A stretch of DNA of 64,000 nt, from positions 69,006,001 through 69,070,000 of the forward strand of contig OZ024747.1 in NCBI GenBank assembly GCA_964016885.1. Direction: 5' to 3'. The stretch comes from Eledone cirrhosa (lineage: Eukaryota). How positions within the stretch are numbered: position 1 is the stretch's first letter; each line of letters starts with the position of its first letter. Shown here piece by piece: positions 1 to 14,954 of the stretch. Below the pieces are notes generated by a model. It was not told where the DNA came from. It ran no database searches and saw only the letters and a program-made list of their open reading frames with translations. Both the position numbers and the translations under genes were made by a program.

Positions 1-356
<356 letters not shown>

Positions 357-360
357 TATA

Positions 361-970
<610 letters not shown>

Positions 971-985
971 TATATATATATATAT

Positions 986-1553
986 CGGATTCCTCTCCCC
1001 CCACCCCTCTATCCACACACGCTCACACACTCCGACCTACACACCACCCCACACACACCTCTTCCTGAACATGCAACCCCTTTCTTCCCCCAACCCTTGC
1101 TTTCACATACACACACACACACGTACACCTACACACACACACCACCTTCAGCCCTCCCCTCTCGGACACCCCGTCTCCCTCTCCCCACTCCACCCGCCAC
1201 CACCCCTACACACCCCATACCCTTCCACCACCTGTTTTACCCCTTTTTAATTTCAGTTTATTTTGATCATGCTTTTATATTTATTTTTATTTCATTTCAT
1301 TTTATTTTGATCATGCTTTATTTTTATTTTTATTTTTAATTTCATTCGCACCGTTTCCTCCCACCCCCTTTTCGCTATATGTCTCTCCACCACTCCCCTA
1401 CACACCCTTTAAACTCTCTTCCCACACACTTCTCACCCGAGGAAGGGCTTATGCCCGAAACGTCGTTCCCCACCACCACCCCACTCTCCAGAGCGTGAAA
1501 TTAATAAACATTCGTTGTACTGCCTCTCTGTTTTGTTCCTGTTCAAATTTTCC

Positions 1554-1555
<2 letters not shown>
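986..1555 (+). mobile_element. Family D pLTR (C-rich leader, hammerhead, AATAAA), (TA)n-flanked
   Basis: Clear homology to 63064-63477; cCGAGGAA-gggc(ttat)gccc-GAAACGTC at 1437-1464 followed by ttAATAAAc. Confidence 0.7.
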
Positions 1556-1640
<85 letters not shown>

Positions 1641-1641
<1 letters not shown>

Positions 1642-1821
1642 ACGAAGGAGGTGTGGTAAGGAACCAGATGTACCATAACGTACCAGAGTACTCAATACTT
1701 AGGGTAGTAGAGTGGGTAATAGGAAAATGTTTAACCCCGACTGCAAAACTCAAGCCGTTTCGACGGCTATTTCCGTCCAGAAATAACCGTCGAAACGGCT
1801 TGAGCTCTACCGTCGGGGTTA
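1641..1821 (-). mobile_element. Family A pLTR fold-back plus tail
   Basis: Tail on - strand (gtactcaatac 1688-1698), palindrome centred near 1775; five more copies in the window. Confidence 0.75.
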
Positions 1822-2193
1822 GAGAGAGAGTGAGATAAAGAGGAGAGGGCATGCACACATTTATACATCACACATACATCTCTTACATATATATATGTGT
1901 GTGTGTGTGTGTCTGTCTGTCTGTCTATATGTCAGTCTTTATGTCTCTCTCACATACTCCCTATACCATTTCTTGGTCAAAGCCATGCGAATTTCTGCTT
2001 GTACTGCATATCTTGATTACAACTGACCCAGCTTAGTCCAATGTCCAGTTTGTCTGTCTGTGTGTCTGCTGTCTGTCTGGAGGTTTGTTATTGCTGTTGT
2101 TGGGTAGTGGTGGAGATGTCTAGGGCAGACAATGGTATGGTGGGCGGTCAAGCAGACGACCGGTGAACGAGGAGGGTGGTGCTGAAGTAAGAA

Positions 2194-2511
2194 ATGCCCA
2201 CCACCTACAACACTGCCGCCGCCGCTGCTGCAACTATTACTATTACTAATACTACTACCACCACTACAACAACGCCAACCACCACCGCCACCGCCACTAC
2301 CAACACCGCCATCTCTGCTGCTGCTGCTGCTGCTACTACTACTACCACCACCACCGCCGCCACCAAAACCACCATCACTACTACTACTATCGCAACCATC
2401 ACCACCACCACCACCGTCACCAAAACTACCACCACTACTACTACTACTATCGCCGCCACCTCTACTACTACTATCGCTACCATCACCACCACCGCCACTA
2501 TGACCAAAACC

Positions 2512-2555
<44 letters not shown>

Positions 2556-2625
2556 CGCCACCACTACTACTACTACTATCGCTACCATCACCACCACCAC
2601 CGTCACCAAAACCACCACCACCACC

Positions 2626-2666
<41 letters not shown>

Positions 2667-2680
2667 AACTACTACTGATC
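2194..2680. repeat. Compound trinucleotide array (ACC/ACT/GCC/GCT)n with internal duplications
   Basis: Pure triplet repeats; open in several frames on both strands as poly-T, poly-V and poly-G/S. Confidence 0.9.
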
Positions 2681-2899
2681 AATAGTGTAAAGTGGTAATT
2701 GTCTGTCTGTCCGACTTTTGTCATTATACCCCCACCCCACCCCACCCCACCATACTTTGGCATTTATTCCCCCCACCCAAACCTCAGATATGCAGGTTTA
2801 TTTATGAGAGAAATGGATGAACAAGATCATCCCATTTATTTTTATATATATTTTTTTGTTCTTCTAATTTATTCCACCGATATTCTACCCTGGGCTATA

Positions 2900-3610
2900 T
2901 GATCCAACGTGACCTTTCTTAAGACGGCAATGTGTGGTTTGAGGGAGTCTTAGCTGTCATGTTTCGAAGCTCCAGTGACCACGTAGTATCTATCTACCTC
3001 GTTAGTTCGACGTGTTCATGCTCGTTGCTGCTCTTGTTGTTTAGCCCTGGTCAGCTCCGTTTGGATAAACCTATGATCAAAAGCATTCCAGTCGTGACCA
3101 TCCTGTTTTTTATCGGTTTCTAAGACTATATTATCTAATGTGTTCGTTCTTCACTTTTGTTAGGTAGCGGGGTATGTTTTGAGGGAGATTTGACTGCTAT
3201 ATTAAGAAGTCAAGTGACCACGTAGAGGCTACCTCGTGGGATCGTTGCTTTCATTGCATTTTCCACGATGATGAGAAATCATTCCAATTAAGGATTGAAA
3301 CTACGCCGTCAACGAAAACATTTTCCAGCGCCCTACGATTTCAGTATTTTAGTTGTTCATGTCTTTAACCATAGATCATGCCTGATGAAAAGCATTCCAT
3401 CTGTAGCTACGCCATTTTTTGTGGGGATATAGTGTATAGATTACTACATTATTCAGTGTGTTCGTCCTTTTGTAAAATACGTCTAGGGTGTGTTTTATAG
3501 ATGTTCTGTCTACTATTTGATCGAAAGATCACAGAGGTGGGATCCTTCAGTAACTCTCTAAATCGTTGTTGCTGTTCAGCTCAGGGTCAAATCCAGGTCA
3601 ACCTCTATCT
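2900..3610 (+). repeat. Cluster of diverged copies of a ~200-250 bp dispersed repeat (ttgtttagccc...aaaagcattcca...gagggagattt...gaccacgtag)
   Basis: Three to four partial tandem copies here; similar copies near 24575-24720(-), 40310-40460, 40550-40680(-), 56060-56230(-), 58965-59180 and 62540-62710. Confidence 0.6.
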
Positions 3611-4180
3611 GAATACCGTCATCAATATGCAGTGCAATTAGGGCAGGTCCAAGCATGTCGCCTTGTCGGACTCCTGAGGCGGATAGGATGAGTTTGTCAC
3701 TAAAAGAGAAATAGCGGGCTCTCGATAAGCCTGCAAGTGGTAGAACCCTGAGGTCCTCGCCTTTATTGAGCTTTAGAGGACACTACTACTGATGAACCTT
3801 CATGCATTTGCAAGATTAAGTTTGAGGACAACCTTGAGGTTCTCAGATGGCTCTTTTGGCGTGGGCAGCTGTCTCACAACCTAGCAAGGTACTTCCGTTT
3901 AGTTGAATAGGGACAGTTCTGCAGATAGGGGGTCTCAGACCGATGATAGACACACCTGTTCTTTGGTGGTAAACTGTTCAGCCTCGCAAAGCCAAATGTT
4001 AACTCTGGTCCATTGCAGTTGTGTGCACTTTGTGTGTATATCAGAGTTGAACGTGTTATCGAATGAATGAGATTTTCCAAGAGATCAACGTCGACGTAAC
4101 CAGCCGACATAGGGATACTTTCCTTAAGATGTTGGGAGCTTAAGACATCAAACACCACACCAGAATCCACAGTGAAAACT
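3610..4180 (-). pseudogene. Decayed CRE-clade non-LTR retrotransposon reverse transcriptase fragment
   Basis: Frameshifted translation gives SGVVFDVLSSQHLKE, PIQLNGSTLLGCETAAHAKR, KVVLKLNLANA*, QAYREP, LILSASGVRQGDMLGPALIALHID, collinear with CRE RT motifs (GLRPQHLK, QLGxGxxxGCEAAVHA, KLDxxNAFN, SxxGVQQGDPLGPxLF). Confidence 0.75.
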
Positions 4181-4577
4181 AAGGTGAAAACTGCTCTTAA
4201 GTAACTTGATGGTCGACGCAGGTGGGTGTATAAGAGACACGGGAATAGGAAGTACGCAGTAAACAAAAACAGATAAATGTATAAACAAATAAATGAGTAA
4301 ATAAATACATAAATAAAAAGGAATGAATAGAATGAACGAATTGTTAAAGTGTATAGTTAAAAGGTAAAGTCATTAAATTTAGATGTCTTGTAGTTACTGA
4401 TGATTTTGGACTTGAAACCTGACGTAAATCTTGAAGACAAGAAGCTGGTTGTTTCAGGAAATATTACGATGGTTTCGCAGAGTGGATGCCACAGAGGCGA
4501 TGCTATTGTTATTATCTAACATGTGAAGGAAGTCATGAATTATGGAGTTCCGTGTTGTTTTGTGCTTTAAATGAAGA

Positions 4578-4736
4578 AATAATGGTTTCTTATATAGGCA
4601 CAAGGCCAGCAATTTTGGGGGATTAAATCGATCCCAGTGCGGGACTGGTACTTTATTTTATCGACCCCGTAAGGATGAAAGGCAAAGTTAACATCGTCGG
4701 GATTTGAACTCGGATCATAAAGGGCCGTAACTCTAT
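4578..4736 (-). mobile_element. tRNA-derived SINE (main family), 5'-truncated
   Basis: Reverse complement of gagttcaaatccc...ttgcctttcatccttacggggtcgataaaataaagtaccag...ttgctggccttgtgccta; the central block resembles the Meta/MESC-type SINE domain (from memory). Confidence 0.8.
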
Positions 4737-5269
4737 TTTCGATAGTAAATGAAACAAAACAAAGTAAAGTAATGTTTTATCCAGTGTATTATGGCATGGT
4801 ATGTCAGGCCTAATACCCTCATTTCAAATGCAGGGCTGAAACCGTCCTAGATAAAACAAACGAACTGTTTGAGCTTTCTTCTGCAACTATATGTAAATAT
4901 ATTTTAAAGGATCCTTTGTATAATATAGCTTTTAGATTTCGATGATAGATTTCGAATTCTCGACAGTGATTACTACAGTTCCGAGTCCAGAATTAATCGA
5001 TTCAATCTCAATCTTTGGTGCAGGCTAAGAAGTAAAGTAACGTTTTGTGTTTGTTAATAATTACATGTAAAACTAGTGGGATGATAGATATTAGATGTAA
5101 TTACAGGGTTTGATCCGCGTTATTTTCTTTGTTTTTGTAATTTCACTGTTTTACTACACTAGTCTATCGACCAGACAGACCTAAACAGTTGTTTAATTTT
5201 AACTGTGTTTTACGTACTCATAAGTAACTCAAAATAAGAGTTAGAATCGAATGTAAATATTAGGGAAGA

Positions 5270-5440
5270 AATAGCGACACCATCCTCGTTGTCTTGTAAA
5301 ATCCTGGTTTAATTCGGCTGATGGCGAATTTCTGTACTTCTAATTTTTCACCTCTAGCATTTTTAGTCAAAATTGTTATAAAACTATTAGAATACTACCT
5401 TATGTTTCATAATACCACATCGAGCAAGAAATATATGACT
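5270..5440 (+). repeat. Old dispersed repeat, homologous to 11437-11612
   Basis: aatagcg...ggtttaattc.gctgat...ttagtca..ttgttataa..ataccac.tcgagcaa.aatatatg shared between the two sites. Confidence 0.6.
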
Positions 5441-5616
5441 TAAAAGATATTAACTCCTCCCCTGAAAAAACCAAAAACCACAACAAAAAACCACAAAAAA
5501 ACGTTAGACTTGAGGGTAGTTAGATCTCCCAAAAGGATCAAGATTTCGCTTTTATTAACAGTTCTATGCTGCTGTTGCCACAAATGGTGATGATGATGAT
5601 GATTGGGATAATGAAA

Positions 5617-5820
5617 ATGGTTTCTAATTGATGTACAAGGCCAGCAATTTGCGTGGGAAGGGAAAATCCATTACGTTATCCGTAGTACTTTACTGGTACT
5701 TTATTTTATCACCCCCTGAAGGATGAAAGACAAAGTTGACTCGGCGGGATTTGAACGTAAACTAAATGCTGCAATACATTTAGTTCGACCCTCTACAGGC
5801 TCTGCTAATTCACTGCTCTT
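5617..5820 (-). mobile_element. tRNA-derived SINE (main family), diverged
   Basis: Same blocks as 4578-4736 plus a diverged tRNA-like head. Confidence 0.7.
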
Positions 5821-6747
5821 TAGTGTACGTATTAGACACAAAATCCCAATTGACAACTATATAGCTGGCGTTTGATCATGTTATTAACTCTTTCATTGCT
5901 ATTATACACACATATATATATACATATATATACGTTGCGAACATGGAGAAAAGGTAGGGAGAGAGATAAATACACACAGCCACATAAATACATGCACATG
6001 CTCACAGACACATAAATACATACTCTCATTTCCCATTAACCAAGAGAAGAAGGAAGAAAAAATCGAGAAAGAAAGGACAAAGGACAGAAAAAAGCACGAT
6101 TTATTAAGGCATATTTGCTTTTGTTTTTATGATAATAATTTGGCTAATAGTTGAGGTAAAACACTAAGCAATTACTAGTATTGCAGCTTGGGGACATACT
6201 TCGGTACTGTGGAACAAATAACAATAATAACAAAAGCTACATAAGGTTAAATGCTCTAGATCCCTTTAAGAGAAGCAAAAATAAGCAGCTAATTTGTAAT
6301 ACATTACTACTAATATGGGTAAAACGAAAGGAAAAACAAAAATAAAGAGTGTCTGGCGGGGTGAAAAGTTAATGCTAAGACAAGAGACATTAGCTATACC
6401 TAATCAATGGCTGTCTGGTGTCTGATTGGGGAGGGGGTGATTATACAACATGGGTAATAAAAATGTATTTTTTCCACTGAGCCTGGTCTCCTACTTTTTA
6501 TTATGAGATCAATGACAATATCGGAAATAACACTCGAAATCTGAGACTTGCATCATGATAATGGTGCTAGTGGTAGTAGTGGTGACAATACTGCTACTGC
6601 TGATAATAGCGACGACGACGACAAAAACGAGGCCACGGCTGCCAAATTACGCAACTTTTCAGATTACACGCTACTAAATTGCTTAGAAATTATTGAATAT
6701 CATATTAAATTAGAAACTAAACAAATTAAAATCGTATTGCAGGCAAT

Positions 6748-7072
<325 letters not shown>

Positions 7073-7793
7073 TCCCAATTGGGGATGCTCAGATACCTAC
7101 GAAGCAACTGAATCTCACAACTGGAAAACACATTTGTGTCTAAGATAGGCAACCTAAGTTTGAGTCAATGACATGTTTCTAAACCATCAGATCTTCACCC
7201 ATCATCGCAAGGCTTTAAGAAAAATACAAAATCACAGTAAAGTAAGCAATGCCTACACAGAAATATTAGATTGAATGAAACTACCACAAAACCTCATAGA
7301 CACACCTCCCATTTTATTAACATGATCCAAAGGAAAGCCGGGATCAGATATTTGGTGTCAATAAAAGGTCGGAGGTTCAGAATTGTACGAATGTCACGCA
7401 ATTCAATGCATATTAGAAATCCTTCGAATGGTCAAGACCATTCCTTGCACAACTGTTTTTATATGAGAGTGACCATCTCATAGAGACGTGTTTTTATAAA
7501 AGCTAAGAGGGGCTTCACTCCGCGTAGTGTTAGGAGAGAGAGAACACAAACTGAAATTTCTTTGTTTCCATACAATTGCTAGATTGTCGTTGATGACACG
7601 TTAGAAACATCTATTGTTTTTGACAGTTGGTATTTCTGTCCTACTAGGGTTTTCTGTCCTAAGCTGGCTTGGTGCCTATGTCAGTTTAGTTTCCGAAGAC
7701 CAGTTCACGCAACGGGTTCTCCAGTGCATTACTGGTGCTTTATTTTATTGACCCCGTAAGGGTGAAAGGCAAAGTTAACCTCGGCGGGATTTG

Positions 7794-7945
7794 AATAATA
7801 ATGATAAAAACGATGAGATGCTAGATCTTCGTTACATTTATTGAGGTGTGACACGCGTTTCGCTTAGTACAACACCAATATATCTATTGAAAACTACGCA
7901 TCGAGTGCTCACTTTGTTGAACTTACAGTAACTGGACGTTACATT

Positions 7946-7948
<3 letters not shown>
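7794..7948. mobile_element. Family H pLTR, inverted arm plus tail end, followed by (TA)n
   Basis: gacacgcgtttcgct is the reverse complement of 66-80; catcgagtgctcac...gaacttacagt...gttacattccc matches 179-228. Confidence 0.7.
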
Positions 7949-8029
<81 letters not shown>

Positions 8030-8624
8030 TTCCCATGCATATGTGTACAACCCATGCATATGTGTACATAAATATGCATGTAAATATTTAGTAAACAGTA
8101 CACACATCCATACACGAATTAAAAGACAAAAATTATAAAGGTTTTCCGTTTATTTCTGGAACGTAGATAATTTGTTTTAAAGACACTACCACCGATAATT
8201 CTAAATAGTTACATAACTATTTGGATGCAAGGAGTTGATTGGATCCCAGGCAAATTTGGATGTTTTTACAAGCAAGTTATTTACAGAGCGTTGAATCCAC
8301 AAAATAGATCATTGAATTTCACCTAGTAGCGAAATAGTTAAGCAACCGTGAGCAGCGGGAGTATTCTCTATCATTCTTTTTTTTATAAGATAATTATTGG
8401 CTAGTTGTGAATTTTGTTTTTGTTTTCACAATGGCAAATCACCCAATGTATCCATGCCTAGAACATCCTGGAGATGTTTCGTTCCAATCATAATTGCCTT
8501 GCTCACTTTTTATAGGAAACCTAGGTGAAAATCAATATACCCAGCAGTGGAACACTTACACCCTAGCATAATTCTTCTGTGTCATCATAGAATTAAAGTA
8601 AATAATGAAGAATAATCTATCTAT

Positions 8625-8704
<80 letters not shown>

Positions 8705-8909
8705 ATGTGTGTGTGTATGTGTATGTATGTGTATGTGTGTATGTGTGTGTGTGTGCATTTATATGCTGAGATAAATAACAAATAGTGAGTCCGTGATAAT
8801 ATACAAAAATATTCTATCACACATTCACACATACATGCAAACACAAATTTACACACACACATATAGAAATATATATAACTACGTTTTTTCTGCCACCGAG
8901 GAGGTCACA

Positions 8910-8947
<38 letters not shown>

Positions 8948-9428
8948 TGCAACAATGTGTAGATTAAGATCTTGTAATTGCAAAAAGGGTATAATTACTT
9001 TAACGAAAGATAGAACGAAAAAAAAAAAAAATTCCCCAAACAAAAAATAAAATAACAAATACACAAAAAACAAAAATACAATAAACAAAAAAAACAAAAC
9101 AGAAAAAAACAAAACAAAGATAAAAAGAGGAAAAAAAGAAGCTTCCATTTCGTATGTAGCATTGAAGGGAAGCCTTAGAAAGCTTCGTCTTGGTCAATTT
9201 AGTAAGTGTTTCTATCTGGACTGACCAGCTGTCCTCGTCCCATCGATATTAATCTAAATGCTAGTATATCAGTTCCATTTGGAGGTGAACATTTATCCAT
9301 TAGCTGTCAGTCCATCACTACTTCATCTATTAACTTGTCAATCTCAGCCGATTTCCAAAGCGAGAGCGTGTTTTTGTAAATTACTTTTACTTTACAAACA
9401 ACCACAGCAACGCATGTAAGTATGTATG

Positions 9429-9462
<34 letters not shown>

Positions 9463-9556
9463 TATAAGCATATGTATTTGTATCTCTCTCTCCATATACA
9501 TACATACATATATATATATATATATGCAAATATATATATATATATATGCATGTATG

Positions 9557-9608
<52 letters not shown>

Positions 9609-9760
9609 ATGTGTGTGTGTGCATATGATGGTGAGGGTATTTAATGTAGCCAACTGGAATATAAGAAAAATCTCTTGAGTTATTCGGAGTCGTTTATTGA
9701 ATCCGGGAGTCGGGGGAGATAACTGGTTTATTTAGAAGTTTTTTTTACATTATCTTATTT

Positions 9761-10144
9761 GTGAGTATGTTTGTGTGTATATGTATGTGTGCCTGTGTGT
9801 GCGTGCGTGCGTGTGTGTATGTATGTGTGTATGTATGTGTATGTGTGTGTGTGTATATGTGTGTATGTGTGTGTGTGTATGTGTGTGTGTGTGTATGTGT
9901 GTGTATGTGTGTATGTGTGTGTGTATGTGTGTGTATTTGTGTGTATGTGTGTATGTGTGTTGTGTGTGTATATATGTATGTGTGTGTATATGTATGTGTG
10001 TATGTGTGTATGTGCGTGTGTGTATGTGTGCATGTGCGTGTGTGTGTGTGTATATATATATGTATGTGTGTGTATATATGTATGTGTGTATATATGTATG
10101 TGTGTATGTGTGTATGTGTGTATGTGCGTGTGTGTATGTGTGCA

Positions 10145-10176
<32 letters not shown>

Positions 10177-10424
10177 TGTGTGTGTGTATGTGTGCATGTG
10201 TGTATGTGTGTGTGTATATATATGTATGTGTGTATGTGTGTCTGTGTGTGTGTATATATGTATGTGTGTGTGTTGTGTGCATGTGTGTGTGTGTGTGTTT
10301 ATATATATGTATGTGTGTATGTGTGTGTGTATATATATGTATGTGTGTGTATGTGTGCATGTGTGTGTGTGTGTGTGTATATATGTATGTGTGTATGTGT
10401 GTGTATATGTATGTGTGTGTATGT

Positions 10425-10461
<37 letters not shown>
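9761..10461. repeat. Compound (TG/TA)n microsatellite
   Basis: Direct inspection. Representative of many (TA)n, (CA)n, (GA)n, (TATC)n and (TATG)n tracts, e.g. 232-697, 10620-11220, 17326-17690, 32551-32880, 38510-38830, 49424-50146. Confidence 0.95.
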
Positions 10462-10465
<4 letters not shown>

Positions 10466-10712
10466 GTAAGGCAGCCATTACAGAGACTATAGAAAGTGTC
10501 CTCTATTAGTTGTATCATTAACCCCCTCCCCCTCAACAGACAACAATCAAATTACTGTAACACGAATATACTCAATGTATTAGGAAAGCTCTGTGATGCC
10601 AAGTGGGATTATCTGAACCACACACAACACACACATATACACCCGCACACACAAATCCACACACACATACGCGTATACATACACACACACACACACATAT
10701 ATATATATATGC

Positions 10713-10775
<63 letters not shown>

Positions 10776-10785
10776 TACATATATA

Positions 10786-10853
<68 letters not shown>

Positions 10854-10911
10854 CATATATATATACATACATACATATACACACACACACACACACATAC
10901 ACACACATATA

Positions 10912-10956
<45 letters not shown>

Positions 10957-11029
10957 GTATATATGTATATATATGTATATATATACATACATATATATAT
11001 ACATATATATATACATACATACATATACA

Positions 11030-11121
<92 letters not shown>

Positions 11122-11645
11122 TATAGTTAAAGAGAGAGAGTGAATGAGAAAGAGAGAGAGTGAACGAGAGAGAGAGCGAGAGAGAAAGAGAAAGAGAAAG
11201 AGAAAGAGAAAGAGAAAGAGATAGTGATTTTTACTATCACAAGAGGGTGTTGAGATTTTTATCTAAGGCACCAGAATTAAACGCAACGTTTATTTTTTTG
11301 CGAACACCGCCGTGAGATCTGCAGCTGTCCGAGGGATTGATGACTGATCTTTAGCTTGACTCTCCCTATCTGATATCGGCTCTTCTCTGTCTCCATGGTC
11401 TGACGGTTACACAAAATAATTATTAGAAACGGACAAAATAGCGTCATTATCCCACTTTTCTTGAAAAAATCTCGGTTTAATTCCGCTGATATTGGTGCAT
11501 TTCAGTTCTTCTAACTCTTCACGTCTACTGTGTTAGTCACAGTTGTTATAATATTATTGCAATACTATTACTATGCTTAGTAATACCACCTCGAGCAACG
11601 AATATATGGTTTGAAGACTATAATCCCCAACCCCAAAGTGATTTA

Positions 11646-11689
<44 letters not shown>

Positions 11690-12788
11690 GAAAGAAAGAG
11701 AAAGAGGGGAGAGACGGAGAGAGAGAGAGAGAGATAGAGAGTGGAAACGAAGGGAGAGAGAGAAAGAAAGAAAGAGAAAGATGGAAAGGAGAGGATTGCG
11801 GAAAAGAAAGAAAGAGATAGAGGGAGAGAGGGAGAGAGGGAGAGAGGGAGAGAGGGAGAGAGGGAGAGAGAGAGGGAGAGAGAGAGAAAGAGAGAGAAGA
11901 GATTTATATGTGTGAGAAAGAGAGAAAATTTGTGAGTGTGATTTGTCAATGATCGAGACGAACCAGTCGGTTGATGTAACCCTTCTCATGATATGCAGCA
12001 ATGACAAAACAATATCGAACATCGATTTATTGTAATTTTGATTCTTCCGGCAAATAAGGGAGACAACTCCAGACATGTTTCCGTATAAATGGTCTCTAAA
12101 TTAGTTACAATGGCAACAATTTGTGGGGAGGGGAAAGTCGATTACATTGACCCCGATCAATGAAACGATCCTCTTAGGCGTATAAAGTATTTGGTCTAGT
12201 ATTAAGACACCCACAATAGTCTGGAGTAGTCTGGTCTAGCGTTATCATTGCTTCTGAACAGACCCACGTAGAACAGATAATAGGCTCAGGTCAAAAGTAT
12301 TTTTGTAATGAGTACTAGATACGTATTTTTTTGGTATGTGTTGCAAGTATATACATATACATTTACTGCACAGGAAATACGTACAAATAACATTACAAAA
12401 TATATATACTAAAACGATTTACAGAATAGTTAATTCTGTAACAATTTTCTTCCAACTGGTGGAATAAACGACAACAAAATGGTAAGGCCTCAGTACTGGT
12501 CTGTTGCTGAAAAGTAATGGTATTGTGATGATCAATAGACTGTGCCACGTTAAACCTGCTACACGATGATAAAAAAGAAAGAAAATTCACTATCGATACT
12601 CTAGTAGATATTAAGATGTTTAATTAGAAAATTGATTGAAGACATTAATCAGCAATAGAGTCGTGCCGAGTGGCCTATCTCCTCATTCACTGTTCTCCAT
12701 AAAACATCATAAAGTAAGGTTTAACCTGTATTGTTTTTCTATATTTTTCAAGCGATTCGCTCATTATCATTCCAACAATTTTGTTCGC

Positions 12789-12900
12789 TGACGAGATGGT
12801 AATAATACTGAAACGTATGTGGAGTTGTCTTCCGTACTTCCTGAAAAGTTCCAACGAACTTTGATTTTAGTTTTTTATGTTCTCTGTATCAATTATCTTA
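12789..12900 (+). mobile_element. Family M old hammerhead-bearing repeat (also 12040-12100 - and 29340-29405 -)
   Basis: CTGACGA...GAAAC followed by tggagttgtcttcc.ta.tt.c.gaaa. The 29340 copy reads CTGATGA-ggtc(ataatga)gacc-aAAAC-tc-GTC-cggggttgtcttcc; the 12040 copy reads GAAAC-at-GTC-tggagttgtctccc. Confidence 0.55.
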
Positions 12901-13389
12901 ACACTGACTAAAGTATAGAAACTAAAAGGTTATTAAATCGAGTTCAGTGTATAACTAATAACTATTTTATCGGGTGAGAATAGACTAAAAAGCAAAGTCT
13001 ATCATAGCGAAGATGGATCGAAATTGTTCTTACGTTGGAAACAGCAAGAACACTACATAATTAAAGAAGGTTTTGATGATTTCTAATCGTTACAAGTATA
13101 AATTGATATAAAACAAAAACAAAATAAAAAAGAAGTTGAAGAGGATGAACTTGTAGTTTCTAGCCTGCAAATTGTGCTCGTCTTTCTAAATGGATTATAG
13201 AACTTTCTATCTGAAGATAGGCTTCATGTATATATATTGAAGATTAGCAAGTAACATAAAACGATTTTCGGGCCATATCATTGTCAAACTGAAGGTTTTC
13301 TGAACCATAGTCTACATCTTGATAGTTCATATACATACACTCAAGTCTGTTTATAACTTAGCCTACACAGCGATCACTAAGAAACGAAG

Positions 13390-13960
13390 CAACTGATACT
13401 GTCACAAATAGGATTAAGTTATCGACGGCAATATTCCGCAGTAACAGCTTGTCTGTACTAGTGTTTGTTCTGGCAGTGAAACCCTTGTCAGCCTTGTTGA
13501 GGAGGTGCCAACACTGCATGTTAGAATCTGAAGAGGAGAGGAGTTTTAATGTCACTCACATTTTTTTGTTTGTTCCTCACCCAAAGCTGCACACAGGCAA
13601 TATTTACGATACAAGGAGGCAGTTAAAGCCGGTCACTATATCCTCACGGAATGTAGGGTTGGAGTTTGGCCCGTATAAATGACAGTCAATCAAGAATAAA
13701 TTGTTGAATAGACAAGGAATATGGATAGCAATAGTCTGTCCATTTCAGCTCATCTCTAATGACGAATGGTACAAGTATCATGAAATTCATTGGAGTATCA
13801 CATACGTTGGGGTGTGTGAGTAAAGCTAGAGTGACAAAGAAATACTTCAGGAGACTCTAGAGGATATAAATGTCAGAGCTGTTCGCATTCAGTATGGTCA
13901 TATCTCATAACGCTTTTTAACCGTAAGATTTGCATTTACGGAAAACATTTGGTTTTACGT
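13390..13960 (+). pseudogene. Decayed Dong/R4-clade non-LTR retrotransposon RT fragment
   Basis: AIFRSNSLSVLVFVLAVKPLSALL (GIFQGDSLSxLLFxLxxNPLS), NVTHIFLFVPHPKLH (ITHLxFVDDLKLY), SRNVGLEFGPYK (SxDIGMxFGxxKC), YKY, ARVTKKYFRRL*RI*MSEL...SHNAF...TFG. Confidence 0.8.
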
Positions 13961-14042
13961 TGCGGTCAACACAAGCTTTTACATACATATATGTAATACC
14001 CCCCTCACACACACACGCATACACACACACACACACGCCCAT

Positions 14043-14079
<37 letters not shown>

Positions 14080-14266
14080 CAAAGGGAAGTACAGCATATT
14101 CGAAGCTCGAGCCGCAGCTAAGCCGATGAATGCAGAAGTTCAGCCAAGCACTCGATAAAACCTTAGAGTAATAACATACAGTTTAAAGGGTTCTGCAAAT
14201 TGAAGATAGTGACCGGTAATTCAGCCGCGGAGACCGTAACAACGAAAGAACTGACTCGCGAGAAAC
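14080..14266 (-). mobile_element. Family F pLTR tail fragment between (TA)n and (CA)n
   Basis: Tail hairpin tactc-taa(ggtt)tta-TC-gagtg on - strand at 14149-14170; possible degenerate hammerhead on + (ttgaaga...gaaag..ctc). Single copy only. Confidence 0.45.
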
Positions 14267-14269
14267 ACA

Positions 14270-14338
<69 letters not shown>

Positions 14339-14658
14339 ACAAACCTGGACCATCACTTCGATATTTTGCAATATCAGAGTTAGGTCTCTGTAAATCCGAA
14401 TATATATATATATACACACATATATGTATGTATATATATATATATATATACATATACATGTGTGTAATATATATACACATATACATGTGTATATATATAT
14501 ATATATATACATATACATGTATATATATATATATATATACATATACATGTGTGTATATATATATATATATATACATATAATGTGTGTGTATATAAATATA
14601 TATACGTATATATGTGTGTATATATATATACATTTATATGTATATATATATATGTATA

Positions 14659-14711
<53 letters not shown>

Positions 14712-14715
<4 letters not shown>

Positions 14716-14866
14716 ATGTATGCCCCGACGGCAGAGCGCAAGGCGTTTCGACGGCTATTAGCCTGCCGTCGGGGTCATACATTTTCCTATTACCCACTCT
14801 ACTACCCTAAGTATTGAGTACTCTAGTGCGTTATGGTCCATCAGGTTCCTTACCACAACTCCTTCG

Positions 14867-14868
<2 letters not shown>
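14712..14868 (+). mobile_element. Family A pLTR fold-back plus tail, (TA)n both sides
   Basis: Homology to the other A copies; gtattgagtac at 14811-14821. Confidence 0.75.
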
Positions 14869-14902
<34 letters not shown>

Positions 14903-14954
14903 GTTGGACACTTTATTGTTCACAAGTGTTCTTAAGCATCATATCATGTCACCT

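Noticed and set aside
2194-2685. Thr-rich mucin-like ORF
   Set aside because: Pure trinucleotide array, open on both strands, with no signal peptide or unique flanking coding sequence.
7080-7480. Possible RTE-like LINE remnant (FTHHRKALRKIQ); similar weak hint at 60830-61100 (-)
   Set aside because: Only one or two short motif resemblances; not enough without a database search.
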